NCBI GenBank assembly: GCA_031399805.1
Contig: JANNPG010000523.1
Location: 1 to 43,489, forward strand
Source: Betaproteobacteria bacterium
GTDB lineage: Bacteria > Pseudomonadota > Gammaproteobacteria > Burkholderiales > SG8-41
Length of the DNA: 43,489 nucleotides
Direction of reading: 5' to 3'
The first letter of the stretch is position 1. The number at the start of each line of letters is the position of its first letter. Positions 26,867-35,424 of this stretch are shown here, piece after piece. The translations under genes and the position numbers were made by a program. Below the pieces are notes generated by a model. It was given only the letters and a program-made list of their open reading frames with translations, was not told the origin of the DNA and ran no database searches.

Positions 26867-28336
26867 ATGACAAACCAGACAGATATCCGCAGTGCCGGGC
26901 CCGCAGCCGCGTTCGCTACCGCGCAGGCGACGCTGCTCGCGCCCTATGCGCTTGACCACCACGCACTTGAACAGGTATTCGGGCAGATTCTCGCGCACAA
27001 GATCGATTACGCCGATCTTTATTTTCAATACAGCCGCAGCGAAGGCTGGAGCCTCGAAGAGGGCATCGTCAAGTCCGGGAGTTTCAACATCGACCAGGGC
27101 GTCGGCGTGCGCACGGTGTCGGGCGAGAAGACGGCATTTGCGTATTCGGATGACATCAGTCTCACTGCGTTGACTGCAGCCGCGCAGGCGACGCGCGCGA
27201 TTGCCCGGCAGGGCACGGGCGGCAAGACGCAGGTCGCCAGACGCGGCGAGGGGCGCAACCTTTACATACCGCATGATCCGCTCGCGAGCCTTGCGGATGC
27301 GGCCAAGGTCGCGCTGCTCGAGAGGATCGAGCGCTACGCGCGCAGCCTCGACGCGCGCGTGACCCAGGTCATGGCTCATCTCGGCGGCGAATACGAAGTC
27401 GTGCTGGTCACGCGCAGCGACGGCGTGACGGCGGCCGACGTGCGGCCGTTGGTGCGCATATCGGTGCAGGTGATCGTCGAGCAGGATGGACGCCGCGAGC
27501 AGGGCAGCGCCGGCGGTGGCGGGCGCAGCGATTACGCCTATTTCACGGACGCGATCGTGCAGGACTACGCGCAAAAAGCGGTCGCGCAGGCGCTCACCAA
27601 CCTTGACGCGCGCCCGGCGCCGGCCGGCACCATGACCGTCGTGCTGGGCCCCGGCTGGCCCGGCATCCTCCTGCACGAAGCGATCGGCCACGGCCTGGAG
27701 GGGGACTTCAACCGCAAGGGCAGTTCGGCCTTCAGCGGCCGCATCGGCGAGCGCGTTGCGGCGCCCGGCGTGACGGTGGTTGACGATGGAACGATTGCGC
27801 ACCGTCGCGGCTCGCTCAATATCGATGACGAGGGCAACACGACCCAGCGTAATGTGTTGATCGAAGACGGCGTGTTGAAGGGCTATATGCAGGACAGCCT
27901 GAATGCCAGGCTGATGGGTGTGGCGGCGACCGGCAACGGGCGGCGCGAATCTTTCGCCCACATCCCGATGCCGCGCATGACCAACACCTACATGCTGAAC
28001 GGCGACAGGGATGCGCAGGAGATTATCCAGTCCGTCAAGCACGGATTGTATGCGGTGAATTTCGGTGGCGGCCAGGTCGACATCACGAGCGGAAAATTCG
28101 TGTTCTCGGCGTCCGAGGCGTACATGATCGAAGACGGCAAGGTCACTTATCCGGTCAAGGGCGCGACGTTGATCGGCAACGGCCCCGACGTACTGACGCG
28201 CGTGGCCATGATCGGCAACGACATGGCGCTCGACAGCGGTGTCGGCACCTGCGGCAAGGAAGGGCAGAGCGTGCCGGTCGGCGTCGGCCAGCCGACGTTG
28301 CGTATCGACGGCCTGACTGTCGGCGGAACTGCGTAA
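26867..28336 (+). CDS. tldD: Metalloprotease TldD
   Basis: '[13 protein letters not shown]' (HExxxH) and the C-terminal '[21 protein letters not shown]'. ATG 26867 is taken as the start; the track ORF opens at TTG 26864. Confidence 0.95.
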   Translation: MTNQTDIRSAGPAAAFATAQATLLAPYALDHHALEQVFGQILAHKIDYADLYFQYSRSEGWSLEEGIVKSGSFNIDQGVGVRTVSGEKTAFAYSDDISLTALTAAAQATRAIARQGTGGKTQVARRGEGRNLYIPHDPLASLADAAKVALLERIERYARSLDARVTQVMAHLGGEYEVVLVTRSDGVTAADVRPLVRISVQVIVEQDGRREQGSAGGGGRSDYAYFTDAIVQDYAQKAVAQALTNLDARPAPAGTMTVVLGPGWPGILLHEAIGHGLEGDFNRKGSSAFSGRIGERVAAPGVTVVDDGTIAHRRGSLNIDDEGNTTQRNVLIEDGVLKGYMQDSLNARLMGVAATGNGRRESFAHIPMPRMTNTYMLNGDRDAQEIIQSVKHGLYAVNFGGGQVDITSGKFVFSASEAYMIEDGKVTYPVKGATLIGNGPDVLTRVAMIGNDMALDSGVGTCGKEGQSVPVGVGQPTLRIDGLTVGGTA

Positions 28337-28350
28337 GAATATATTGAAAA

Positions 28351-28532
28351 CGCCGATAGACGCCGATGAAAGCCGATAAGATCACAGAAAAAGCCTTAGC
28401 CACAGATGGCATGGCTAACACGAAGACACGAAGACAACACGAAGACTCCTAACTATTGTCTCTATTGCCCCAATGTTTTTTGCGGCAAGGGAAACGTAGT
28501 TTTCTATCCGCGTTCATCGGCGTTTATCGGCG
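28351..28532. repeat. Intergenic element: inverted triple 10-mer arrays flanking a ~120-bp core
   Basis: The left arm is cgccgataga cgccgatgaa agccgataag (28351-28380). The right arm is ttctatccgcg ttcatcggcg tttatcggcg (28502-28532). The two distal units pair 9/10 and 10/10. The core holds the hairpin TTAGCCA-9 nt-TGGCTAA (28396-28418) and three near-tandem CACGAAGA units (28420-28445; the first two are contiguous and the third follows a 2-nt gap). Confidence 0.8.
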
Positions 28533-28565
28533 GTTAACTGATAGCCCTTTTTGTTTGGCACGCAA

Positions 28566-29129
28566 ATGCGCAAACTGGCCGACATCGAGCGCGATCGGGC
28601 GCAGCAACACGACGGCGACGACGAAGATCAATCGACGCTGCCGCCCGGCGCCAAGAATTACATCACGCCGCAGGGCTATGCGCGGCTCAAGAGCGAACTG
28701 CAACTGCTGCTCGACAAGGAACGGCCCGCGCTCGTTAAAGTCATCGCGTGGGCGGCTTCCAACGGCGACCGTTCGGAAAACGCCGATTACATCTACGGCA
28801 AGCGCCGCCTGCGCGAAATCGACCGCCGCATCCGGTTCCTCAACAAGCGTCTCGAAATCGCCGAAGTCATAGATCCCGCACGACCCGGCGTCGAGCAGGT
28901 GTTCTTCGGCGCGACCGTCACTTACCGCGACGGCAAGGCAGTTGAGCGCACGATTAGCATCGTCGGTCAGGATGAGGTCGATCCTGCGCGCGGGCGTATC
29001 AGCTGGATTTCGCCGGTGGCGCGCGCGCTGACCAAGGCGCGCGCGGGCGACAGCGTGACGCTCAGAACGCCGGCCGGCGTCGAGGAGCTCGAAATTATCG
29101 CGATTCGCTATACCGTGTTGCCGGCCTGA
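28566..29129 (+). CDS. greB: Transcription elongation factor GreB
   Basis: 'NYITPQGYARLKSEL', 'GDRSENADY' and 'ISWISPVARAL'. The acidic N-terminal extension is, from memory, common in betaproteobacterial GreB. Confidence 0.88.
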   Translation: MRKLADIERDRAQQHDGDDEDQSTLPPGAKNYITPQGYARLKSELQLLLDKERPALVKVIAWAASNGDRSENADYIYGKRRLREIDRRIRFLNKRLEIAEVIDPARPGVEQVFFGATVTYRDGKAVERTISIVGQDEVDPARGRISWISPVARALTKARAGDSVTLRTPAGVEELEIIAIRYTVLPA

Positions 29130-29131
29130 CC

Positions 29132-30727
29132 ATGCTGGCGAAGCTGGTCAGGAATTTGTTTCGACCGCGCGGGCGGCGGCCGATTGGCGCGGGCGGATCG
29201 AATGGCAGTCCGCTCGCAAAGACGCCGGAATTGAAGGACGATAATGGCGGCGCGAAAACCGGCGGCACCTGCGCGGAGCTCCTGCAGCATGCGGCATCGA
29301 TGGCGACGGCGGGCCAGCTCAACGCCGCGCTCGCCAGTTACCGCGCATGCCTGCTGGCTTATCCGCAATCCCTCGATGCGTGTCTCGGCGCGGCGGGCGT
29401 GCTGGTCGATTTATGCTCGATGGATGAAGCGGTCGTCGTCTACGCGCGTGCGTTGCAACTCGCGCCGGCCTCCGGTGCGATTTTTTCGGCACTGCTTTTC
29501 CACCGGCATTATCTGTCGCCCGTCGACGCGCGGCGGATGTTCGACGCGCACCGGCGTTTCGGCGCGATGATGCGGCAGGTGCTACCGCCGGCGCGCGAGG
29601 TTTTCGCGCAGACGCCGGAGCCTCAACGCCGGCTGCGCATCGGCTACGTGTCGCCCAACTTCTCGCGGCATTCGGTCGGTTATTTCATCGAGCCGGTCAT
29701 CCGCTGTCACGAGCGTCAACAGTATGAGGTTTTTTGTTACTACTCACATCACTTGTCGGATGACACCACGCAGCGCATACGCGGGCTGGCGGATCGCTGG
29801 CGTGATGTGGCCGGCGTCGACGATGCGGCGGTCGAGCGCATGATACGTGAGGACAAAATTGATATTTTGATCGATCTGGCGGGACATTCGAAAGGCAATC
29901 AGCTCGGCGTGTTTGCGCGCCGCCCCGCGCCGGTGCAGATGACCTGGCTCGGGTATCCGGACACCACCGGGCTCGCCGCCATCGATTACCGCATCACCGA
30001 TACCACGTCCGACCCCGCGCCCGCTGCCGAAGAGCGGCATACCGAGCGTCTGCTTCGCATCGACGATTGCTTTCTGTGTTACCAGCCGCCGCGGGACGCA
30101 CCGCCGGTCGCGGCGCGCGAGCCCGGGTCGGCCGTGGTATTTTCATCGTTCAACAGTGTTGCCAAGCTTAATGACGAAATCCTCCGGACGTGGGCAAATA
30201 TTCTCGCCGCGGTAGCGGGATCACGCCTCGCGTTGAAGGCGTCATCGCTCAATTTTCCGGATACCGTCGACCGGCTGGTGGATAGCTGCGAGCGCGCTGG
30301 TATCGACCCGGCGCGCATCGAATTGCAGGGGTGGGTTGCAGACCGCCGGCAGCATCTCGCACACTACGGTCGGATCGACATCGCGCTCGACACCTTCCCG
30401 TACAACGGGACGACGACAACCTGCGAGGCGCTGTGGATGGGCGTGCCCGTGATCACGCTGGCCGGGGAAGTCCATATGTCGCGCGTTGGCGCAACGATCT
30501 TGCATTGCGCGGGACTCGATGCACTGGTGGCGCACGATGCAGCGGACTACGTGAAACTTGCCACCGCGCTTGCCAATGATCCGGATCGGCGCAATTCGCT
30601 GCGCGCGGGGTTGCGCACGCGGCTGCTCGCGTCGCCGCTGCTCGATCACGCGGGCTTTACCCGCAAGCTCGAAGCGCATTGCCGGCGGGCCTGGGTAGCG
30701 TGGTGCGCCGGCCCGCGTGGCGCATGA
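29132..30727 (+). CDS. TPR-repeat protein with a C-terminal GT41 / SPINDLY-like (O-GlcNAc-transferase-like) domain
   Basis: 'RLRIGYVSPNFSRHSVGYF', 'DILIDLAGHSKGN', 'MTWLGYPDTTGL..IDYRITD' and 'DTFPYNGTTTTCEALWMGVPVITL'. Its start is 2 nt after the greB stop. Confidence 0.8.
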   Translation: MLAKLVRNLFRPRGRRPIGAGGSNGSPLAKTPELKDDNGGAKTGGTCAELLQHAASMATAGQLNAALASYRACLLAYPQSLDACLGAAGVLVDLCSMDEAVVVYARALQLAPASGAIFSALLFHRHYLSPVDARRMFDAHRRFGAMMRQVLPPAREVFAQTPEPQRRLRIGYVSPNFSRHSVGYFIEPVIRCHERQQYEVFCYYSHHLSDDTTQRIRGLADRWRDVAGVDDAAVERMIREDKIDILIDLAGHSKGNQLGVFARRPAPVQMTWLGYPDTTGLAAIDYRITDTTSDPAPAAEERHTERLLRIDDCFLCYQPPRDAPPVAAREPGSAVVFSSFNSVAKLNDEILRTWANILAAVAGSRLALKASSLNFPDTVDRLVDSCERAGIDPARIELQGWVADRRQHLAHYGRIDIALDTFPYNGTTTTCEALWMGVPVITLAGEVHMSRVGATILHCAGLDALVAHDAADYVKLATALANDPDRRNSLRAGLRTRLLASPLLDHAGFTRKLEAHCRRAWVAWCAGPRGA

Positions 30728-30758
30728 CCGCGCCCCGGTATTTGCCTGGCGGCAGCCG

Positions 30759-31343
30759 TCAGGCGGGCGGGGGCTTGCGTGCGGCTACGTTCAGGCTGAT
30801 CGGCCGGTCCCTGAACACCAGATTGCTGGTGTCGTCGAACAGGCCGAATTTGTCCTTGCGCGCGATGTCGACGAACCCGGCATCGCGCAGATAGTCGCGC
30901 AGAAATTCTTCGTTCAGTCCGGCGTAATGAAAGTCCGCCTTGTCGAACTGGCCGCCGAACATCATGCGCATGACGTGAAATCGTTCCGCAAAATCGAGCG
31001 TGGGATCGGTGAACAATTCGCACAACGCGGCGAGGTCGGGAACGCTGATGCGCAGAGTGCCGCCAGGCGCCAATACGCGGTGGAACTCGCGCAGGGCCAG
31101 CGGCAGTTCTTTCACATAACCGAGGTGCTCGAGTACGTGCGACGCGTAGATTTCGAGAATACTGTCGTCGTCGAATGCGGACAAGTCGCCGCAGTGGCCG
31201 ACGTAATCAACGTGCGGTCCGCGCTGGACGTCAAGGATTTTCCAGTCGGCATGCGGGACTTGCCCGCCGATATGCAGCCTGAGCGGGGAGGCGTGCTGTT
31301 TAATGCGCGGGCGGACGAGGTTTTTGATCAGTGACAGCAGCAT
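30759..31343 (-). CDS. Class I SAM-dependent methyltransferase (Methyltransf_11-like)
   Basis: 'SILEIYASHVLEHL' and 'LAPGGTLRISVPD'. It is convergent with the GT41-like gene. Confidence 0.7.
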   Translation of the reverse strand: MLLSLIKNLVRPRIKQHASPLRLHIGGQVPHADWKILDVQRGPHVDYVGHCGDLSAFDDDSILEIYASHVLEHLGYVKELPLALREFHRVLAPGGTLRISVPDLAALCELFTDPTLDFAERFHVMRMMFGGQFDKADFHYAGLNEEFLRDYLRDAGFVDIARKDKFGLFDDTSNLVFRDRPISLNVAARKPPPA

Positions 31344-31459
31344 GCGGGCGCCTGTTGGCGGAACACCGGAAAACGGATTTCAGAAGCCGCCGCCAGCTTA
31401 GCAGATAATGCCGCGCGCAAAGGAAAGCCGCCAACGGCGCGACGGGCGGGCCCCGCGGA

Positions 31460-31897
31460 TCAACTGCCTTTGCCCGTTACGTCATCGAGAAAGGGCTGGC
31501 AGGTTCTACCTTGCGGTGCCGCGCGCAGTCGATACACGCGATTGGCGTTCAGTGTCGCGTGAACGACGCTCTCGTTTGAAAACACACGGTAGTCGATGTA
31601 GAGGCCGCAGGAAATCGTCAGTTCGTATTCTCCGGGCGGCACGCGCGCGATGTTCTCGCCGGACGAAATTTTCTGCGTGTTGGCCCTCGACACGAAAAGG
31701 CTGCTGACGCGGGTGCCTTTCTCCGGCGTGAGAGCGGCGCGCGCATTTTCGGCGGCGGTGTTGCCCCAGCCGATGATTACCGCGCGGCCCGGTTCGGGTG
31801 CGGTGGTTACGGCGTCCGGATCGGTCGCAACCGTCGTGCACCCGGCAAGCGCGGCGAGCGCCGCCGCGCGCACCAGACGATGGCCGGTGCTTAACAT
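31460..31897 (-). CDS. Hypothetical lipoprotein
   Basis: The signal peptide 'MLSTGHRLVRAAALAALAGC' carries a lipobox (LAGC). The ORF could extend to GTG 31954, which would give an implausibly long signal peptide. Confidence 0.55.
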   Translation of the reverse strand: MLSTGHRLVRAAALAALAGCTTVATDPDAVTTAPEPGRAVIIGWGNTAAENARAALTPEKGTRVSSLFVSRANTQKISSGENIARVPPGEYELTISCGLYIDYRVFSNESVVHATLNANRVYRLRAAPQGRTCQPFLDDVTGKGS

Positions 31898-32079
31898 GCG
31901 TTGCCGGAGCGAGGGCGGTACGTGGCGCGACGGAGAAATTACTTTTTTGTTCACAATCGTGGCGAATCGGCGAGTTGAGGCAGACCAGATTACACCATCG
32001 TTGTGCGCGTGCTGTCATCCCTTGGCGCAAGCAGCGCCCGCACGCTGCCCGCATTAATTTGTGGCAGGCGGTCTTGAGC

Positions 32080-32085
32080 TATAAT
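32080..32085 (+). promoter_or_regulatory. Perfect -10 hexamer TATAAT upstream of the DAHP synthase gene
   Basis: It lies 32 nt before ATG 32117. No good -35 was found. Confidence 0.3.
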
Positions 32086-32116
32086 GTTCTGATTTTGTTG
32101 GATTTGAGTGGATATC

Positions 32117-33187
32117 ATGCAGAAAACCGACGACTTACGGATCAGGGAGATCAGGGAACTGGTGCCGCCCGCGCACGTGCTGCGCGAGTTCACGCTTTCC
32201 GAGAAGGCCGCGCAGGTCACGTTCGACGCGCGCCAGGCCATACACCGGATTTTGCACGGTGCCGACGACCGTCTGTTGGTGATCGCGGGGCCATGCTCGA
32301 TCCACGACGTGAAAGCGGCGAAGGAATATGCCGCCCGGTTAAAGGAGGTCAAGGACAAGCTCGCCGATGACCTGTTGATCGTAATGCGCGTGTATTTCGA
32401 AAAGCCGCGCACGACCGTCGGCTGGAAAGGACTCATTAACGATCCCAAACTCGACGGCAGCTTCAGCATTAACGAAGGCATCCGTATCGCCCGCGGACTG
32501 CTGCTCGAAATCAACGACCTCGGCGTGCCAGCGGGTTGCGAATTTCTCGACATGATCACACCGCAATATATCGCCGACCTCGTGTCGTGGGGCGCGATCG
32601 GCGCGCGTACGACCGAGAGCCAGATTCACCGCGAACTTGCGTCGGGCCTGTCGTGCCCGGTCGGCTTCAAGAACGGCACGGATGGCAACATTAAAATCGC
32701 GGTCGACGCCATACGCGCCGCGCAGTCGCCGCATCATTTCCTGTCGGTGACCAAGGCCGGCCACTCGGCGATAGTCTCGACCGCGGGCAACGAGGACTGC
32801 CACATAATTCTGCGCGGCGGCAAGGCGCCGAACTACGATGCGGGCAGCGTGGATGCCGCGGCGAAAGGGCTGGCGGAGGCGGGGCTCGCGCAGCGCTTGA
32901 TGATCGACTTCAGCCACGCGAATTCGAGCAAGAATCCCCAGAAGCAGGTTGATGTCGGCGAGGACGTAGCGCGCCAACTCGGCGGCGGCGACGACCGCAT
33001 TTTCGGTATCATGGTCGAAAGCCATCTCAAGGCTGGCCGCCAGGACCTGGTACCGGGCAAGCCGCTCGTTTACGGGCAGAGCATCACCGACGGCTGCATT
33101 GGCTGGGAGGACGGCCGCAAACTTCTGGACACGCTTGCGGAAGGCGTGCGCAAGCGTCGCGTCAAGTTGCTGGAAACTGAACAATAG
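32117..33187 (+). CDS. aroG: 3-deoxy-7-phosphoheptulonate (DAHP) synthase, class I
   Basis: 'TDDLRI', 'LLVIAGPCSIHD', 'KPRTTVGWKGLINDP' and 'GARTTESQIHRELASGLSCPVGFKNGT'. The isozyme specificity (G, F or H) cannot be determined from the sequence. Confidence 0.93.
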   Translation: MQKTDDLRIREIRELVPPAHVLREFTLSEKAAQVTFDARQAIHRILHGADDRLLVIAGPCSIHDVKAAKEYAARLKEVKDKLADDLLIVMRVYFEKPRTTVGWKGLINDPKLDGSFSINEGIRIARGLLLEINDLGVPAGCEFLDMITPQYIADLVSWGAIGARTTESQIHRELASGLSCPVGFKNGTDGNIKIAVDAIRAAQSPHHFLSVTKAGHSAIVSTAGNEDCHIILRGGKAPNYDAGSVDAAAKGLAEAGLAQRLMIDFSHANSSKNPQKQVDVGEDVARQLGGGDDRIFGIMVESHLKAGRQDLVPGKPLVYGQSITDGCIGWEDGRKLLDTLAEGVRKRRVKLLETEQ

Positions 33188-33232
33188 TCGCGGCGTACCG
33201 GCGCGCCGCACGCGGTAAACGACGGAGCAACC

Positions 33233-33769
33233 ATGGCAGAGGATGCGAACATCGATTCCGGTCGAAAGTTGCTAGCGGGGCTTGAGGACCTCGGCGCCGG
33301 CACCGCGTTTGCGGACCAGATCTTCAGCCTGGTCGGCCGCTCGCAGTTTTTTGCTGAATTCAATCGCGACGATGTCGATTTGCTGGCCGGCTATATGCGC
33401 ATCTATCATGCGCCGCCCGAGCAGACCATCATCCGCGAAGGCGACATCGGCGACTACATGCTGTTGATCATCCGCGGCGAAGTCGATATCTACAAGACAA
33501 ATCTGATGGGCGAACAGCAACTCATGACTTCGGTCACACCCGGCATGACCCTCGGCGAGATGTCGATGATCGACGGCGAGCCGCGTTTTGCCACCTGCAT
33601 TGCCCTCAAGGAAACCACGTTCGCCGTGCTCACGCGCGACACCATGGTCAAGATCATTCTCGAGAAGCCCAGTCTCGGCGCCAAGATCCTGATCAAACTC
33701 GTCACCATGCTGTCGCAGCGGCTGCGCCACACCAGCGCGACTCTGCTGCAGTATATGGGCAATCACTAG
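33233..33769 (+). CDS. Stand-alone cyclic-nucleotide-binding domain protein
   Basis: 'IIREGDIGDYMLLIIRGEV' and 'LGEMSMIDGEPRFATCIA' form a phosphate-binding-cassette-like motif. No HTH or other output domain is present. A GGAG Shine-Dalgarno is present. Confidence 0.8.
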   Translation: MAEDANIDSGRKLLAGLEDLGAGTAFADQIFSLVGRSQFFAEFNRDDVDLLAGYMRIYHAPPEQTIIREGDIGDYMLLIIRGEVDIYKTNLMGEQQLMTSVTPGMTLGEMSMIDGEPRFATCIALKETTFAVLTRDTMVKIILEKPSLGAKILIKLVTMLSQRLRHTSATLLQYMGNH

Positions 33770-33799
33770 TTCTCTCCCCCGGCGCAGTCGGAAAATGGC

Positions 33800-34738
33800 A
33801 TGGTGAGTTCGCAGCGCTTGTGGGTTCCCGTATTGTTTTTCGTCGCATTGCTCGTGGCTGGTCCCGGCGCGATTAGCGCGGCGCACTCAGCCGCGGTCAG
33901 TGTGATTGACGACCGGGGTGCCCGCGTGGATCTGCCGGTTGCCGCGCGGCGGATTGTGGCCCTGGCGCCTTCGATCACTGAACTCGTTTTTGCGGCAGGC
34001 GCCGGCGAACAATTGATCGGCGTCCCGCGTTTCAGCGATTATCCCGCCGCGGCGAAAGCGATCCCGCAAATCGGCGACGCGTCGCGTATCGATCTGGAAC
34101 GCGTCCTGAGCCTCAAGCCTGATCTTGTCATTGGCTGGCAGACCGGCAACCACGCCGCCGATATCGAGCGACTCGAACAGCTTGGCTTCACGGTCTACGT
34201 CGCGGAGCCTGCCACGCTGGCGGCGATTCCCCGCTTGCTGCGCGCGTTTGGAGCCATGGCGAATACAACTGCGGTCGCGGAGCGTGCGGCGGCAGATTTC
34301 GCGGCGGGGATTGCCGCGTTGCGCGAGCGTTACGCGGCGCAGGGCAACGTGCGCGTGTTCTACGAAATCTGGCACCAGCCGCTGATGACGGTCAATGGGC
34401 GGCACCTGATTAACGACGTGATCCGGCTGTGCGGCGGCAGCAACGTGTTCGCGAATGTGCCCAGTCTAGCCCCGCTGGTATCGCTCGAAAGCGTGATCGC
34501 GGCGCAGCCGGAGGTCGTGCTCGGCGGCAGTTCGGCGACAACGCCGGAAGAGTTCGCCGCGCAATGGAGTACCTACGCGGATTTCTCAGGACTGCGGCAG
34601 GTGCGGGCGATGTACATAGACCCCGATCACATTCAACGCCAGACGCCGCGCATCCTGCAGGGTGCGCAGACCGTGTGCGAGCATCTTGACAAGGTGCGCT
34701 CGACGCGGCGTGCGCATCAGGTCAGGCAGGTCCGCTGA
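33800..34738 (+). CDS. Periplasmic cobalamin/siderophore-type binding protein (BtuF-like, Peripla_BP_2)
   Basis: Signal peptide, then 'RIVALAPSITELVFAAGAGEQLIGV' and 'LKPDLVIGW'. No btuCD genes are adjacent. Confidence 0.8.
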   Translation: MVSSQRLWVPVLFFVALLVAGPGAISAAHSAAVSVIDDRGARVDLPVAARRIVALAPSITELVFAAGAGEQLIGVPRFSDYPAAAKAIPQIGDASRIDLERVLSLKPDLVIGWQTGNHAADIERLEQLGFTVYVAEPATLAAIPRLLRAFGAMANTTAVAERAAADFAAGIAALRERYAAQGNVRVFYEIWHQPLMTVNGRHLINDVIRLCGGSNVFANVPSLAPLVSLESVIAAQPEVVLGGSSATTPEEFAAQWSTYADFSGLRQVRAMYIDPDHIQRQTPRILQGAQTVCEHLDKVRSTRRAHQVRQVR

Positions 34739-34801
34739 GTGCCGCCGGTTGCATGCTGAGTCCCGGTTTCCGCCGCGCAGAGCAATCGCCGGCAGCCACT
34801 A

Positions 34802-35356
34802 TCAACCGCGGTTCTTGCCCTGCTGCCAGTAGTTATCGTCGCCGCCCGCATGCCGGTTGAGAATCCGCGCAAGCACGAACAGCAGGTCGGAGAGGCGATT
34901 GAGGTACTGCAGCATGGGCGGTGCAACGGGTTCGGCACGGTTAAGCGCGACAAGGGTGCGCTCGGCGCGCCGGCAGACCGTGCGCGCGACGTGGGCGACG
35001 CTGGCCGCGCGCGAGCCGGCGGGAAGTATGAAGTCCTTGAGCGCGGGAAGTTTTGCGTTGAACGCGTCGAGTGCCTGCTCTAGCCGCTTGCTGTGCGCTT
35101 CGTTCACAATGGCGTGGCCCGGCACGCTCAATTCGCCGCCGAGGTCGAATAAGTCGTGCTGTACGCCGTCGAGGCAATCGCGAACGGCGGCGGGCAGGTC
35201 CTCGGCGAGCAGCATGCCGATTACGCTGTTCAACTCATCGACGGTGCCGATGGCCTCGATGCGCGGCGCGTCCTTTGCCACGCGCGAGCCGTCGGCAAGT
35301 CCGGTGGTGCCGGCGTCGCCGGTGCGCGTGTAAATTTTGGTCAGACGGTTGGCCAT
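34802..35356 (-). CDS. PduO-type ATP:cob(I)alamin adenosyltransferase
   Basis: 'LTKIYTRTGDAGTTGL' and 'GGELS'. ATG 35356 is preferred over GTG 35365. Confidence 0.9.
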   Translation of the reverse strand: MANRLTKIYTRTGDAGTTGLADGSRVAKDAPRIEAIGTVDELNSVIGMLLAEDLPAAVRDCLDGVQHDLFDLGGELSVPGHAIVNEAHSKRLEQALDAFNAKLPALKDFILPAGSRAASVAHVARTVCRRAERTLVALNRAEPVAPPMLQYLNRLSDLLFVLARILNRHAGGDDNYWQQGKNRG

Positions 35357-35381
35357 GGGTCGCACAGCGTAAGGTAATTAA

Positions 35382-35404
35382 GCAACGCTTGCAATAAGCG
35401 TTGC
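35382..35404 (-). terminator. Candidate terminator hairpin between SulP-2 and the adenosyltransferase gene
   Basis: GCAACGCTT-5 nt-AAGCGTTGC is a perfect 9-bp stem. On the - strand it is followed by UUAAUUACCUU, which is only partly U-rich. Confidence 0.35.
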
Positions 35405-35424
35405 CCGTGTTAACGACAACGCGC

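Noticed and set aside
33770-33799. Looked for a cobalamin riboswitch upstream of the BtuF-like gene and near the PduO-type adenosyltransferase
   Set aside because: The spacer before the BtuF-like gene is only 30 nt. The 59-nt spacer upstream of the adenosyltransferase holds just one simple hairpin. Neither can accommodate a ~200-nt B12 element.
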